Shown: positions 52,292 to 62,542 of the stretch, one piece after another
Layout: each line of letters opens with the position of its first letter
How positions within the stretch are numbered: the first letter of the stretch is position 1
NCBI GenBank assembly: GCA_963749915.1
Contig: CAVVOP010000020.1
Coordinates: 192,001-256,000 of the forward strand
Direction of reading: 5' to 3'
DNA: 64,000 nt
DNA from: an uncultured cyanobacterium
GTDB taxonomy: Bacteria; Cyanobacteriota; Cyanobacteriia; Cyanobacteriales; Cyanobacteriaceae
Translations under genes and position numbers: made by a program
Notes under the pieces: model-generated
Databases searched by the model: none
Told to the model about the DNA's origin: nothing
Seen by the model: only the letters and a program-made list of their open reading frames with translations

Positions 52292-52321
52292 ATTTTACCA
52301 TGAACTTTGACAACCTGTCAT
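52292..52321 (-). promoter_or_regulatory. petE promoter with putative PetR box
   Basis: Extended -10 TGGTAAAAT (52300-52292); palindrome TGAC-AACCT-GTCA (52308-52320) overlapping the -35 region. Confidence 0.6.
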
Positions 52322-52392
52322 TTTTAACTTGAAAAATTTTTTCTCGACTCGTACCTTGTATTGATGGCGTTTTATGAGTTATAATAGTAAAC

Positions 52393-52486
52393 GACTCGGA
52401 CTTATGCAATCGTAACGCTCAAACTTTGTCAGGACCGGAAGGTAGCAGCAATACGGGATGCTTATGGTGGGCGTAGGCCTCGGGTC
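52393..52486 (+). ncRNA. ffs: Signal recognition particle RNA (4.5S)
   Basis: Domain IV motif GTCAGGACCGGAAGGTAGCAGC; ends GACTCGG / TCGGGTC pair; TATAAT at 52380-52385. Confidence 0.93.
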
Positions 52487-52522
52487 TTCTCTCTTCACGT
52501 TGGCAAGTTTTACTTATCAAGT

Positions 52523-53233
52523 TTAAAGCCTTTTAATTACTTTAACTATAACTTCTACCAACTCTGGGGTGACACCTAATGGGGGAATAAAGTTTAGTTT
52601 ACTATTAGTGTTTTTTTGTAATAATTCTATTTCCTGGGCGATTGCCTCTGTAATTTTACCAGAGAATAAAAAATAGGGAAGAATGGCGATACTTTCAGAG
52701 GGAGAATTAGGCAATTTGTCGATTATAGTGGCAAGATTGGGAGGAATTGACCAATAAGCGGTTTCTGCCTTTAGTTTTTGTGCAATTTCTTCTGATTCTT
52801 TATTGCCTTGGGGAATCCTAGTGCCATGAGTTAATAAAATGCGGTGGGTTGTGGGTTGTTGTTGATATTTATACTGCAATAATGTGGTTAAATGTTCACT
52901 TTGCCCTAAATGAGACATTAACTCTAGTCTTATGGGAGAAAAAGAGCGGGAAATTTCTATTTCTTCGGGTATATCTTCTAAAACGTGAGTACCAGATAGC
53001 AAAAATAAAGGTAGAATTTTAAGAGTTTGGTAGCCTTTTTTAGCGTATTTTCGGGCAAAATTAGCTATTTTTACCGATAAAGGTTGATCTCCCAATTCTA
53101 AATAGGTTGTAATTATGGGCACGGAAAATCCCTGACTATTTAATTTTTCAATAATTAAGTGTTCTAATTGATGTAATTGTTGACGATAACAAGGATTGCG
53201 ACTACCATGAACCACTAAAATATAAGCGATCAT
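52523..53233 (-). CDS. CbiX/SirB-type sirohydrochlorin chelatase-family protein
   Basis: VVHGSR, YLEL, LPLFLLSGTHVLEDIP, THGT, PYFLFSG. Confidence 0.8.
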   Translation of the reverse strand: MIAYILVVHGSRNPCYRQQLHQLEHLIIEKLNSQGFSVPIITTYLELGDQPLSVKIANFARKYAKKGYQTLKILPLFLLSGTHVLEDIPEEIEISRSFSPIRLELMSHLGQSEHLTTLLQYKYQQQPTTHRILLTHGTRIPQGNKESEEIAQKLKAETAYWSIPPNLATIIDKLPNSPSESIAILPYFLFSGKITEAIAQEIELLQKNTNSKLNFIPPLGVTPELVEVIVKVIKRL

Positions 53234-53396
53234 AATTGATAATTAATGATGGATAATTGACAATGGACAATGGACAGTTGACAATGAGAAGGGCAAGAAG
53301 GAATCCCCATTGTGGTCATAATTTTCATTAAGTTTAATTGCTCATCACCTATTGCTTTGCTAATCGTTCATTATTTACCCCAATATTTTATATATT

Positions 53397-54158
53397 ATGG
53401 AACTTTTACCCCTTAATTTACAAAGATTAAAAGATCAAGTTGCCATCGTCACCGGTGCATCCAGAGGTATCGGCAAAGCCACTGCCTTTGCTTTGGCCTC
53501 GGAAGGTGCAAAAGTCGTAATTAATTATGCTAGTAACAGTCAAGCCGCCGATGCTGTCGTTAGTGAAATCGTCACTGCAGGAGGAGAGGCCATCGCCATT
53601 GGTGCCGATGTATCAAAACAGGAAGCGGTAGAAGAAATGTTCAAACAAACCACTAATAAATGGGGAAGGGTCGATATTTTAGTTAATAATGCTGGAATTA
53701 CACGGGATACTTTAATGTTGCGGATGAAATTAGAAGATTGGCAACAAGTAATCAACCTCAATTTAACAGGGGTATTTTTATGTTGTAAAGCCGCTAGTAA
53801 AATTATGTTGAAACAAAGAAGCGGTAGAATTATTAATATCTCATCAGTGGCAGGACAAATGGGCAATCCAGGACAAGCCAATTATAGTGCCGCTAAAGCA
53901 GGAGTCATCGGGTTAACTAAAACCCTAGCTAAGGAATTTTCCAGTCGCGGTGTTACGGTTAATGCTGTCGCACCCGGATTCATTGAAACAGACATGACAG
54001 AAGGTTTACAAGCGGCAGAAATCCTAAAAGCGATCCCCCTCAACCGCTATGGCAAACCCGAAGAAATTGCAGGAATGATTCGCTTTTTAGCTGCCGATAC
54101 TGCTTCCAATTATATTACGGGGCAAGTATTTAACGTTGATGGCGGTATGGTGATGTAG
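53397..54158 (+). CDS. fabG: 3-oxoacyl-ACP reductase
   Basis: TGASRGIG, NNAGITRD, GQANYSAAKAG, VAPGFIETDM. Confidence 0.93.
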   Translation: MELLPLNLQRLKDQVAIVTGASRGIGKATAFALASEGAKVVINYASNSQAADAVVSEIVTAGGEAIAIGADVSKQEAVEEMFKQTTNKWGRVDILVNNAGITRDTLMLRMKLEDWQQVINLNLTGVFLCCKAASKIMLKQRSGRIINISSVAGQMGNPGQANYSAAKAGVIGLTKTLAKEFSSRGVTVNAVAPGFIETDMTEGLQAAEILKAIPLNRYGKPEEIAGMIRFLAADTASNYITGQVFNVDGGMVM

Positions 54159-54198
54159 ATTGATCGTTCATTATTGATTGCTAATTGTCAATCACTGA

Positions 54199-54300
54199 TT
54201 ATTTGTGGGCGATAACCCATGCGATCGCGGGAAGTAAGATAATACTGGCGACCGTGATGATGGAAATAACCCAAATAGCATTGGTATATTCTAAAGTCAT
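54199..54300 (-). CDS. Unannotated 33-aa single-TM micro-protein MTLEYTNAIWVISIITVASIILLPAIAWVIAHK
   Basis: Hand translation, ATG 54300 to TAA 54199; GAGAGG RBS ~9 nt upstream; one clean hydrophobic helix. Confidence 0.7.
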   Translation of the reverse strand: MTLEYTNAIWVISIITVASIILLPAIAWVIAHK

Positions 54301-54449
54301 AGTGCGAATCCTCTCTATCTATAGTCAGTTTTCCTAGCAGTAAGCAAAAAAAGACTTAAGGGTAATTAGTTGCTGTGCCTCTATTCTAACGGGTTATTCT
54401 TGCAGATTGTTATTTTTGTTACAAAAATTTGAAATTTAATTCTTAATTG

Positions 54450-55259
54450 CTAACTTTTTCCTAATTCTTGAGATCTTTTATATGCAGCGGTTACGGCCGA
54501 AATCACTGCAGTGCGGAAGCCATTTTTCTCCAATTCTGCTACTCCCGCTATAGTTGTACCCCCAGGGCTTGTAACCTGATCTTTCAACAAAGCTGGGTGT
54601 AAATTTTGTTGTTTCACTAATTCTGCTGTGCCTAAAACCGTTTGTGTTGCTAGTTGTAAGGCGATCCCACGGGGCAAACCTGAAGCTACACCACCATCCG
54701 CTAAAGCCTCTATCATCAATGCTACAAAAGCCGGACCAGAACCGGATAAACCAGTTACAGCATCCATTAAATATTCTGGTACTTCAATTACTGAACCGAT
54801 AGCGGTAAAAATAGAGAGAGTAAGTGTTAATTGATGATCAGAAACAAGGTTATTAGGACTGACAGCAGTCATTCCTTCTGCCACAAGGGCGGGGGCATTA
54901 GGCATCACCCTCACAATGGGAAATTGCGGAAATCCTTGGGCTAATTTATCTAAGGAAACTCCGGCCAAAATCGAGAGAATTAAGGGTGTTTTCCGGTCGG
55001 GGTTTAAAGTTAAATTAGAGACTACGGAGGTGAAAATCTGGGGTTTAATAGCCAAAATGATGATGTCGGCATTGTCTAAAACTTCTTGGTTTTTTTCGGT
55101 GGCAATAACCGAATATTTTTCTTGCCAAAACTGATGACGATTAGCAGAAGGTTTACTGATAATAATTTGTGAGGGAGTATAAATATTTTCTTTAATCAAA
55201 CGGGAAATAATCGCTTCGGCCATTACTCCACCACCGATAACACCTAATTTAAAAGACAC
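54450..55259 (-). CDS. proC: Pyrroline-5-carboxylate reductase
   Basis: IGGGVMA, AIKPQ, RVMPN, TGLSGSGPA, VTSPGGTT. Confidence 0.97.
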   Translation of the reverse strand: MSFKLGVIGGGVMAEAIISRLIKENIYTPSQIIISKPSANRHQFWQEKYSVIATEKNQEVLDNADIIILAIKPQIFTSVVSNLTLNPDRKTPLILSILAGVSLDKLAQGFPQFPIVRVMPNAPALVAEGMTAVSPNNLVSDHQLTLTLSIFTAIGSVIEVPEYLMDAVTGLSGSGPAFVALMIEALADGGVASGLPRGIALQLATQTVLGTAELVKQQNLHPALLKDQVTSPGGTTIAGVAELEKNGFRTAVISAVTAAYKRSQELGKS

Positions 55260-55355
55260 TTAATTTCGATCTAAATTCTAGCTCAAGTTAAAAATATTGT
55301 AAGAGAAAAATGAATGTTTTCAGTATTTACTATTAACTGCTAATTGTTAATTATT

Positions 55356-56018
55356 TTATTGTGCTACTTTTGCGGATACCGAATTGGTGTCATCGTCCCA
55401 AAGGGATTCAGAAAAGGAACCGCCTAAACCGCCACCGCCTACAAGAGGTTCTCTAACTTGATAAGAGGTACCAGACACGGTACTGACTTTCACGTTTCTG
55501 GGGGTGAATAAAAAGATGCTTTCTCCGATTCTCTCTTGGTGACCGTCAATGGCGTAAGTACCACCAGCAACGAAATCCACTGCTCTTTGCGCCTCGTCTG
55601 GTTCCATTATATTTAAGTTTAATACCACACATCTTTGTTCTTTTAAGGTTTGAATTACTTGGGGTATTTCATCAAAAGAATGGGGTTCAATGACTACGAC
55701 TTCATTCACAATGTTATTCACTCCTGGCATGCCGATAACGTTACTGGGTAAACTACTTCCGATACTATTGCTGTCCATATCCATATAAGAAGGTGAAGGT
55801 AACTCCATTTTGAGATGGGATTTATCACGGTGACGACGATAATAGGGGGTGGGAGATTGCACAAGAGTTTCGGGTTGTGATTCTATGACAGAATCAACAG
55901 TCTTTTCATCTTGGTGCAAATCTTGGGTGGCCATATTCTCGATTTCGTCCTCGTAATATTGGTAATCTTGTTGACCTCCACCAATGATATCTTTTAATTT
56001 GCCTAAAAAATTGCTCAC
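55356..56018 (-). CDS. sepF: Cell division protein SepF
   Basis: [29 protein letters not shown]. Confidence 0.95.
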   Translation of the reverse strand: MSNFLGKLKDIIGGGQQDYQYYEDEIENMATQDLHQDEKTVDSVIESQPETLVQSPTPYYRRHRDKSHLKMELPSPSYMDMDSNSIGSSLPSNVIGMPGVNNIVNEVVVIEPHSFDEIPQVIQTLKEQRCVVLNLNIMEPDEAQRAVDFVAGGTYAIDGHQERIGESIFLFTPRNVKVSTVSGTSYQVREPLVGGGGLGGSFSESLWDDDTNSVSAKVAQ

Positions 56019-56232
56019 TTGTTTAATTCCTCAACGACTCTAGTATAATAGTACAAACTTTGTGATTCTATACACAAATTTACGGAAACTTTATCTTTAC
56101 TTTATAATTTTAGGTGCAAAAATAAAACTTATTTTGTCTAATTTACTTGAATTAATGTTCTAACTACCGAAGAATGTCTTGGAGGCTTTCAGTCGAAAAT
56201 GGCGATCGCATTTTCAAATCACAACAGTGGAG

Positions 56233-56343
56233 TAGTGGTCTGTCAAGATAGTTTTGAGGGACTGGGAACGGATAATTTTGGATTTTGGATTTTAGATTTT
56301 GGAGAATCCTGCTATTCCCCATTTCAAAATTGCTAGACCAGTA
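56233..56343. mobile_element. MITE-like element (~111 bp) carrying heptamer repeats
   Basis: IRs TAGTGGTCTGTCAA / TTGCTAGACCAGTA; internal TTTTGGA repeats. Confidence 0.55.
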
Positions 56344-56385
56344 GACTATTGAGGCAAATAATCGTTATGTGTTATGTGAAAAACT

Positions 56386-57912
56386 ATGGGGCGCCATAAT
56401 CAATCAGCAAAATCGCAACAAAAATTATTCTTTTTTTTAAGGCTTTTAAATTGGTACTCTCAAAGGCTAATTATAGCCAAAATAATAGCAATAATTTCTG
56501 TATTAAACTTAGGAGTTGTTTTTTTTGATTTAAGCTATATTCCCTTAAGAGATATATGGTTAAACGGCAAAATAACCCTCGGTAAATTTAAAATATCAAA
56601 CTATGAATATGAAGGATTAACCCTCAAAATAATACCTAAATCTTGGCGAGAAAAAATTACTCAATATGATGCCATAAAAGGAATTGTACCTTATCGAGAT
56701 ACTCAACAATATTTGGAAGAAGTAAACAGATTAGAAAATAGCATTAATCAGCATGGGTTAAATAGTGAAGAAACTGAAGGAATTTTACACAATCTTGGGG
56801 AAATGAGTATCAATATGATTGTTGAAGATCCCTTTAAAATAGCTAATAAAAGCGGTACATTAGAGATAATTAAAAATAGAATGCGGGAACACATGGATTC
56901 CTATATTAAAAATCCAGAATCTTCATCAAAATTAGCCTTCACCTCTTTTTGGACAGTGGATAATTTGCGGAAAAATTTATCCCAACAATTAAACTTTTTT
57001 AATGAAGAAATTAGACCATTAATAAGAACTAATTATTATCGCCCCATCGGAGAAAATGGAGAATTTGTTGACTATTTTGGCATAATAGATTTTCCATTTA
57101 TTATGATTATTTTTACGGACTATATGATTCGCTGTGCCGCCATTAGTATTCGCTATCAAGGTGTTAAATTTCAAGATGCTATTTTATGGCGTTGGTATGA
57201 TTTAATTTTTCTTTTCCCTATTTTTAGATGGTTAAGAATTATTCCCGTAACTATACGTTTAGATGAAGCTCAATTACTAGATTCTCAGAGGATTAAAAAA
57301 CAACTTAGTAAAGGTTTTGTGGCGAAAATTGCTGGAGATATAACCCAAGTAGTTATACTGAGAATCGTTAATCAAGTTCAAAAAACTATCGAAAAAGGAG
57401 AGATAGAAAAAGTTTTATTTAAAGAAGAAACAAAAGAATATATTGATTTAAGTGGTCGTGATGAAACAGCAGAAATTATCAAATTATTAATTAATTTAGT
57501 TGCCTATGAAATGTTACCAGAAATTCGTCCAGATGTAGAAAATTTACTTACCTATATCTTGGAAAAAACGATTATTGAATCTTCCATTTATCAAAACATA
57601 GAACATTTACTAGGCTTAAAAACCTTTCCTAAAAATATTAGTAGTAAGCTGGCTAGCCAATCATATGAAATCTTTTTAAACACCATTAATAATATGTTAA
57701 AAGAAGATCCTATTTTTGAGCAATATTTAGAAAAAATTATTGACAAATCTAGTAGAATTATGAGTCTGCGTCCCAATGCCAGATATGATATTCATAAAAT
57801 GGAAGAATTATTAATAATTTTATTAGAAGAAGTAAAAGTTAATTATGTTCAACAATTATCTGACGAAGATGTAGATGTTTTAATGGACGAAATTAGGGCA
57901 ATTAATAATTGA
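56386..57912 (+). CDS. Hypothetical membrane protein
   Basis: 508-aa ORF with TM segments and an Arg-patterned segment WYDLIFLFPIFRWLRIIPVTIRL. Confidence 0.7.
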   Translation: MGRHNQSAKSQQKLFFFLRLLNWYSQRLIIAKIIAIISVLNLGVVFFDLSYIPLRDIWLNGKITLGKFKISNYEYEGLTLKIIPKSWREKITQYDAIKGIVPYRDTQQYLEEVNRLENSINQHGLNSEETEGILHNLGEMSINMIVEDPFKIANKSGTLEIIKNRMREHMDSYIKNPESSSKLAFTSFWTVDNLRKNLSQQLNFFNEEIRPLIRTNYYRPIGENGEFVDYFGIIDFPFIMIIFTDYMIRCAAISIRYQGVKFQDAILWRWYDLIFLFPIFRWLRIIPVTIRLDEAQLLDSQRIKKQLSKGFVAKIAGDITQVVILRIVNQVQKTIEKGEIEKVLFKEETKEYIDLSGRDETAEIIKLLINLVAYEMLPEIRPDVENLLTYILEKTIIESSIYQNIEHLLGLKTFPKNISSKLASQSYEIFLNTINNMLKEDPIFEQYLEKIIDKSSRIMSLRPNARYDIHKMEELLIILLEEVKVNYVQQLSDEDVDVLMDEIRAINN

Positions 57913-58185
57913 TAATTAATAATATTAAAACAAAACAAATCATCAGATTTGTCAATAATATTTGAGAAGGTAGAGAAGATTCGATGATATTCTAAGGCAA
58001 CAGTGAATCTTAAATGGTTGTAAAAAATATTAATAACTGCTAATTGTCAATATTGATACTGTCAAGAAAAGAAAATAGTTTTATTAATAATATTGTTCTA
58101 CCTAGTGATGAAAATTGTCCCACTTCAAAGCTAGAAAAACTTAATTAATGTTAACATTGTGATGGGATTAATAGGAGTGACACCA

Positions 58186-58659
58186 ATGGATTTTAGCCAT
58201 ATCCAATTTTGTACTGACAAAACTAAAATAGATTTAGTACAATTGTTAGAACTATATAAAAATACCGCTTTTTGGGCACAAGATCGTACTTTAGAAGATG
58301 TCGAAATTGCTATCGCAAATAGTAACCCCGTTGTTTCAGTTTGGGATAATCAACGGTTAATCGGTTGTGCCAGGGCAACTTCTGATGGTGTTTATCGTGC
58401 TACCATCTGGGATGTGGTCATTCACCCTAACTATCAAGGTTATGGTTTGGGCAGTAAATTAGTAGAAACTTTAATTAGTCATCCTCATCTCAATCGGGTG
58501 GAAAGAGTTTATTTAACGACTACTCACCAACAAAAGTTCTATCAGAAAATCGGTTTCACGGAAAATTCTACTACCACGATGGTTTTATATAATCGTTATC
58601 CCACTAGCAATGATTTAGTTAAAGAGTCCCAAGGGGAAGAAGTATCTGCCACCGTGTAG
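58186..58659 (+). CDS. GNAT acetyltransferase (Ycf52-like)
   Basis: ARATSDG, WDVVIHPNYQGYGLG, FYQKIGF; RBS AGGAG before ATG 58186. Confidence 0.88.
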   Translation: MDFSHIQFCTDKTKIDLVQLLELYKNTAFWAQDRTLEDVEIAIANSNPVVSVWDNQRLIGCARATSDGVYRATIWDVVIHPNYQGYGLGSKLVETLISHPHLNRVERVYLTTTHQQKFYQKIGFTENSTTTMVLYNRYPTSNDLVKESQGEEVSATV

Positions 58660-59392
58660 AATTATTGTTCTCATTGTCGGAATTTAACAACAATTTTCCC
58701 CCCATCATCTCTAACAAAGTTTCTCCTAACACTATTTTCATGCCACTGGATAATTGAGGCAGACTGTTTAACCGTTTCAATTCTTCGATGGGAAGTTTAA
58801 TTAAGTCGATATTTTCACTAATAGTTAGATGTTGACAGGGGAAGTCAATATTAACAACGACTTTTTGAGTATCTTCTTGAGTGACAACGGTTAAAGTTAT
58901 ATCCCCCATTTCGCTATAATCAATCACGGCCTCTAACAGGGAAAAAAGGGTATTCGTTAACTTTTCTCTATCAACATTCACCATCACATTATCTTCTATC
59001 TGTTTCAACTTCAGCTTAAGGTTACTATTTGCCGCCTGTAAAGCCATTATTTCTTGTATATCTGCTAACAATTCCGATAAATTAACTTTTTGTATCTCTA
59101 AAGTTAGCCCACCTACTTCTAGTTTTGATACTTCTGTTAATTGATCAATAATCCCCATTAATTTCTTGGCGTATTTATAAGCCTCTTTAATAAACTCCTT
59201 TTCTTCTTCGTGACTTTCACATAAATCATTGATAATTAACTGATGTAATCCTATTAAACTACTAAGAGGTGAGCGAATTTCGTGGGTGATTCTACCGAGA
59301 AAACCAGACTTAAACCGATTATTTTGTAAGGATTCTTGATAAGCCAGTTTTGTTTTTGTTAATTCTTCTGCAAGGTTATTTATATCTGTCAT
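58619..59392 (-). CDS. HisKA protein with degenerate HATPase domain
   Basis: THEIRSPL H-box present; N and G boxes not recognisable. Probable ATG 59392 (track starts 59437). Overlaps the GNAT 3' end. Confidence 0.7.
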   Translation of the reverse strand: MTDINNLAEELTKTKLAYQESLQNNRFKSGFLGRITHEIRSPLSSLIGLHQLIINDLCESHEEEKEFIKEAYKYAKKLMGIIDQLTEVSKLEVGGLTLEIQKVNLSELLADIQEIMALQAANSNLKLKLKQIEDNVMVNVDREKLTNTLFSLLEAVIDYSEMGDITLTVVTQEDTQKVVVNIDFPCQHLTISENIDLIKLPIEELKRLNSLPQLSSGMKIVLGETLLEMMGGKLLLNSDNENNNSTRWQILLPLGTL

Positions 59393-59470
59393 ATATCCTT
59401 TAATACTATCGTTAATCTCTCTGTCTCCGTGCAACAAAGTCGCAGAATATTGTCAACTGTCAATTGTCAA

Positions 59471-60715
59471 TTACAAATCAATACCGTCAAGATGTTTGGC
59501 GACGGTTTGCACATCTTTGTCACCACGTCCAGAACAATTAATGATAACACGAGGACTACCCTCAATATTAGGACAAAGTTTATCAAGATAGGCAAAAGCG
59601 TGAGCAGTTTCTAAGGCGGGGATAATACCTTCCAACTTACACACCAACTGAAAAGCCTTTAAAGCTCCATCATCGGTGACACTATAATATTCAGCTCTAC
59701 CTTCATCTTTCAGGTAACTATGTTCTGGTCCCACTCCAGGATAATCTAACCCCGCACTAATAGAATGGGCTTCAGTAACTTGTCCTTCTGTATCTTGAAG
59801 TAAATAACTCATCGCACCGTGTAAAACTCCCGGTTTTCCTTGGGTTAAGGTCGCTGCGTGTTTTCCTGATGTAATGCCGCTTCCTTCCGCTTCCACACCG
59901 ATTAAGCGTACAGAGGGATCACCTACAAACTCATAAAATAAACCCATAGCATTTGAACCACCGCCCACACAGGCGAGTAAAATATCAGGTAAACCACCCC
60001 ATTTTTCTAAACATTGGCTACGGGTTTCTTGACCGATGACCCCGTGAAAATCTCTCACCATCATCGGATAAGGATGAGGTCCTGCGACAGATCCTAAGAT
60101 ATAATGAGTGCTTTCTACATTCGTCACCCAATCTCTGATTGCTTCAGATGTAGCATCTTTGAGAGTACCAGTTCCAGCAGATACAGGTTGAACTTTTGCC
60201 CCTAAAAGACGCATTCTGAATACATTTAACTTTTGGCGTTCCATATCTTCTACGCCCATATATATTACACAATCTAAACCAAAACGAGCACATACTGTAG
60301 CGGTTGCGACACCGTGTTGTCCTGCTCCAGTTTCAGCAATAATTCTTTTTTTTCCCATGCGCACAGCTAGTAAAACTTGCCCTAAAGCGTTATTAATTTT
60401 ATGAGCGCCAGTGTGGTTTAAGTCTTCTCGTTTAAGGTAAATTTTAGCACCTGTGCCGTCAGTATTAGCGTAATATTGAGTTAATCTTTCAGCAAAATAA
60501 AGAGGATTTGGTCTACCAACATAATCTTTAAGTAGTTGATTTAATTCTTGTTGAAAATCAGGGTCGTTTTTGTACTTGTTATAGGCATTCTCTAACTCGC
60601 TTAAGGCGGGCATCAAGGTTTCTGGTACATATTTACCGCCGTATTTACCAAAACGTCCGAAATTATCAGGTACTTGAGTAAAATTAGTCTTATTTTTAAG
60701 AGGAGTAACAGTCAC
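59471..60715 (-). CDS. trpB: Tryptophan synthase beta chain
   Basis: [40 protein letters not shown]. Confidence 0.98.
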   Translation of the reverse strand: MTVTPLKNKTNFTQVPDNFGRFGKYGGKYVPETLMPALSELENAYNKYKNDPDFQQELNQLLKDYVGRPNPLYFAERLTQYYANTDGTGAKIYLKREDLNHTGAHKINNALGQVLLAVRMGKKRIIAETGAGQHGVATATVCARFGLDCVIYMGVEDMERQKLNVFRMRLLGAKVQPVSAGTGTLKDATSEAIRDWVTNVESTHYILGSVAGPHPYPMMVRDFHGVIGQETRSQCLEKWGGLPDILLACVGGGSNAMGLFYEFVGDPSVRLIGVEAEGSGITSGKHAATLTQGKPGVLHGAMSYLLQDTEGQVTEAHSISAGLDYPGVGPEHSYLKDEGRAEYYSVTDDGALKAFQLVCKLEGIIPALETAHAFAYLDKLCPNIEGSPRVIINCSGRGDKDVQTVAKHLDGIDL

Positions 60716-61004
60716 AATTTTTACTTATAGTTTCATTAAAGTTGATTCTGTAACTATTCTACTGTGAGGTTTGATCATCCGTTAAGAAATTAGAGATAAT
60801 CTTCTGTTTTTTCATTTTTTGATTCTCAGCATTCAATTAAACCTTCTGCCCTCTGGCTTACAACCTCCGATAATGATATTTTCCACAACCCTCTAAGTAT
60901 TGACAGATGAGTACGGATTCAGATTCTCAGAAATGTAACAATCTGTTATAATTAGTGGTAGTGAAAACAACGAAAATTAACAAAATTACAAGGAGGAATA
61001 ATCA

Positions 61005-61364
61005 ATGGCCGGTTTCTTTGGTTTGTTTGGTAAAAAAAAGAATACTGTAGAAGATTCCTATTTCTTAAGTCCTGATGATGCGAAGACTTTTGGCGATATT
61101 GACTATATGCGTAAATCCAAAACTGTCAGAAGAACTTTTCCCAAAGTACAAGGTGGTAGCGGTGCAGAATTAATTAAAGAAGTTTCTTCTGAGAAAATGG
61201 CGGAGAAAAATCCCAATGAAATTCCCGCATATAAATCTTCTTCTTTTGCTTCCAGTAATTCTGAAGGCGAATCTGATTCTTCTTTCACTCCCAGTCAACA
61301 AAAGCGCAAGATTGACACTAGTATGGATATGTTTCGTAAAATGGCAAAACAAATTAAAAAATAA
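61005..61364 (+). CDS. Conserved-looking cyanobacterial hypothetical protein
   Basis: AGGAGG RBS; FL..DDAKTFG.IDYMR..RRTFPK and MDMFRKMA motifs. Confidence 0.75.
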   Translation: MAGFFGLFGKKKNTVEDSYFLSPDDAKTFGDIDYMRKSKTVRRTFPKVQGGSGAELIKEVSSEKMAEKNPNEIPAYKSSSFASSNSEGESDSSFTPSQQKRKIDTSMDMFRKMAKQIKK

Positions 61365-61573
61365 TTTAGGTTTCGTTCTCTTAAACCAACCTTGTATCTT
61401 CTGGAGCGAAACATACTCTTTGAGGGGTATTTCCAGTTCCCGAACCTGAATGAAAATAATGGAGAATCATTGTGATAGGGGGATTTTTCTTTGCTACTTG
61501 AGTCAGCAAATGAATGTCCTCTCTCTAATTTCAGTTTGTCGGAACCTTTCGACAATTTCGACAATATTTCAGA

Positions 61574-62338
61574 TTACTTTCCTGTTAGTTTAACTACCCC
61601 AACACCCCCAAAATATAACGCCAAAACTGCACCACCGAGAAGAGATTGAGTAAGTGGGTCAGTGGAAGGAGTTAATACTGCACCTAAAATTGCCGCCCCT
61701 AAAACCACGATACGCCATCCTGAAAGCATTTGTTGAGAGGAAACTAAGTTTAATGTGCCTAACAGCAATTGAATAACGGGTATTTGAAAGGCTAATCCGG
61801 TGGAAAACATCAATAATAATACAAATTTGAAATATTTATCGATGGACCATAACTGTTCGACTACATCACCACCATAGTTGATAAAAAAGTTTAAAGCCGC
61901 TGGGATTAATAGATAATAAGCAAAGGCTAAACCGACGAAAAAGAGAACACTGGATCCAAATACTACAGGTGCTAAGGTTTTTCTTTCTTTACGAGTCAAT
62001 CCAGGTACAATAAACTGTACAATTTGATAGAGAATTACGGGAGCGGAAACTAAAATCCCCGTGTAGCCTGCAACTTGAATGGATACAAAGAAAAATTCTC
62101 CCGGTGCTAATTGTAAAAACTTCACGTCACCTGCAGGAATTTCTAACCATGCCACAATCTGCCTGACAAAAAAGAAACAAGAAACGGCACCGACAGCCAT
62201 GGCAATTAGACTGACAAAAGTACGTTGACGTAATTCCTCCAAATGATCAAAAAAAGACATTTCCCCTTGATTTGGTATCTCATCCCAGTAGTCTTGATTT
62301 TTTTCTTGAGGTTTTGTTTCTAATTCCTGAGTCGCCAT
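61574..62338 (-). CDS. tatC: Twin-arginine translocase subunit TatC
   Basis: [35 protein letters not shown]. Confidence 0.96.
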   Translation of the reverse strand: MATQELETKPQEKNQDYWDEIPNQGEMSFFDHLEELRQRTFVSLIAMAVGAVSCFFFVRQIVAWLEIPAGDVKFLQLAPGEFFFVSIQVAGYTGILVSAPVILYQIVQFIVPGLTRKERKTLAPVVFGSSVLFFVGLAFAYYLLIPAALNFFINYGGDVVEQLWSIDKYFKFVLLLMFSTGLAFQIPVIQLLLGTLNLVSSQQMLSGWRIVVLGAAILGAVLTPSTDPLTQSLLGGAVLALYFGGVGVVKLTGK

Positions 62339-62467
62339 TGAGTAAATAGTAAATAGTGAATAGTGAATAGTTGACAGTTTACAATAAATACCCTAAATGT
62401 GGGATGGACATCGCCCACGTTAGCATCATTAATTAATCGTCTTCTCGTTTTCCCGTCCCCTCAAAAA

Positions 62468-62538
62468 TAGGGTGGCAGGTTACAGCAACAATTGATTTTC
62501 TCTATCCATCATAGTTTATCAATGGCTAACCCACCCTA
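62468..62538. repeat. REP-like inverted pair downstream of icd
   Basis: TAGGGTGG (62468-62475) ... CCACCCTA (62531-62538); a second GTGGG..CCCAC hairpin at ~62399-62418. Confidence 0.45.
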
Positions 62539-62542
62539 CTAT

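Noticed and set aside
61103..61564. Overlapping small ORFs near 61.1-61.6 kb
   Set aside because: They overlap the RBS-supported ORF 61005-61364 or a short IR remnant (AGGTTTCG...CCGAACCTGA); no coding signal.
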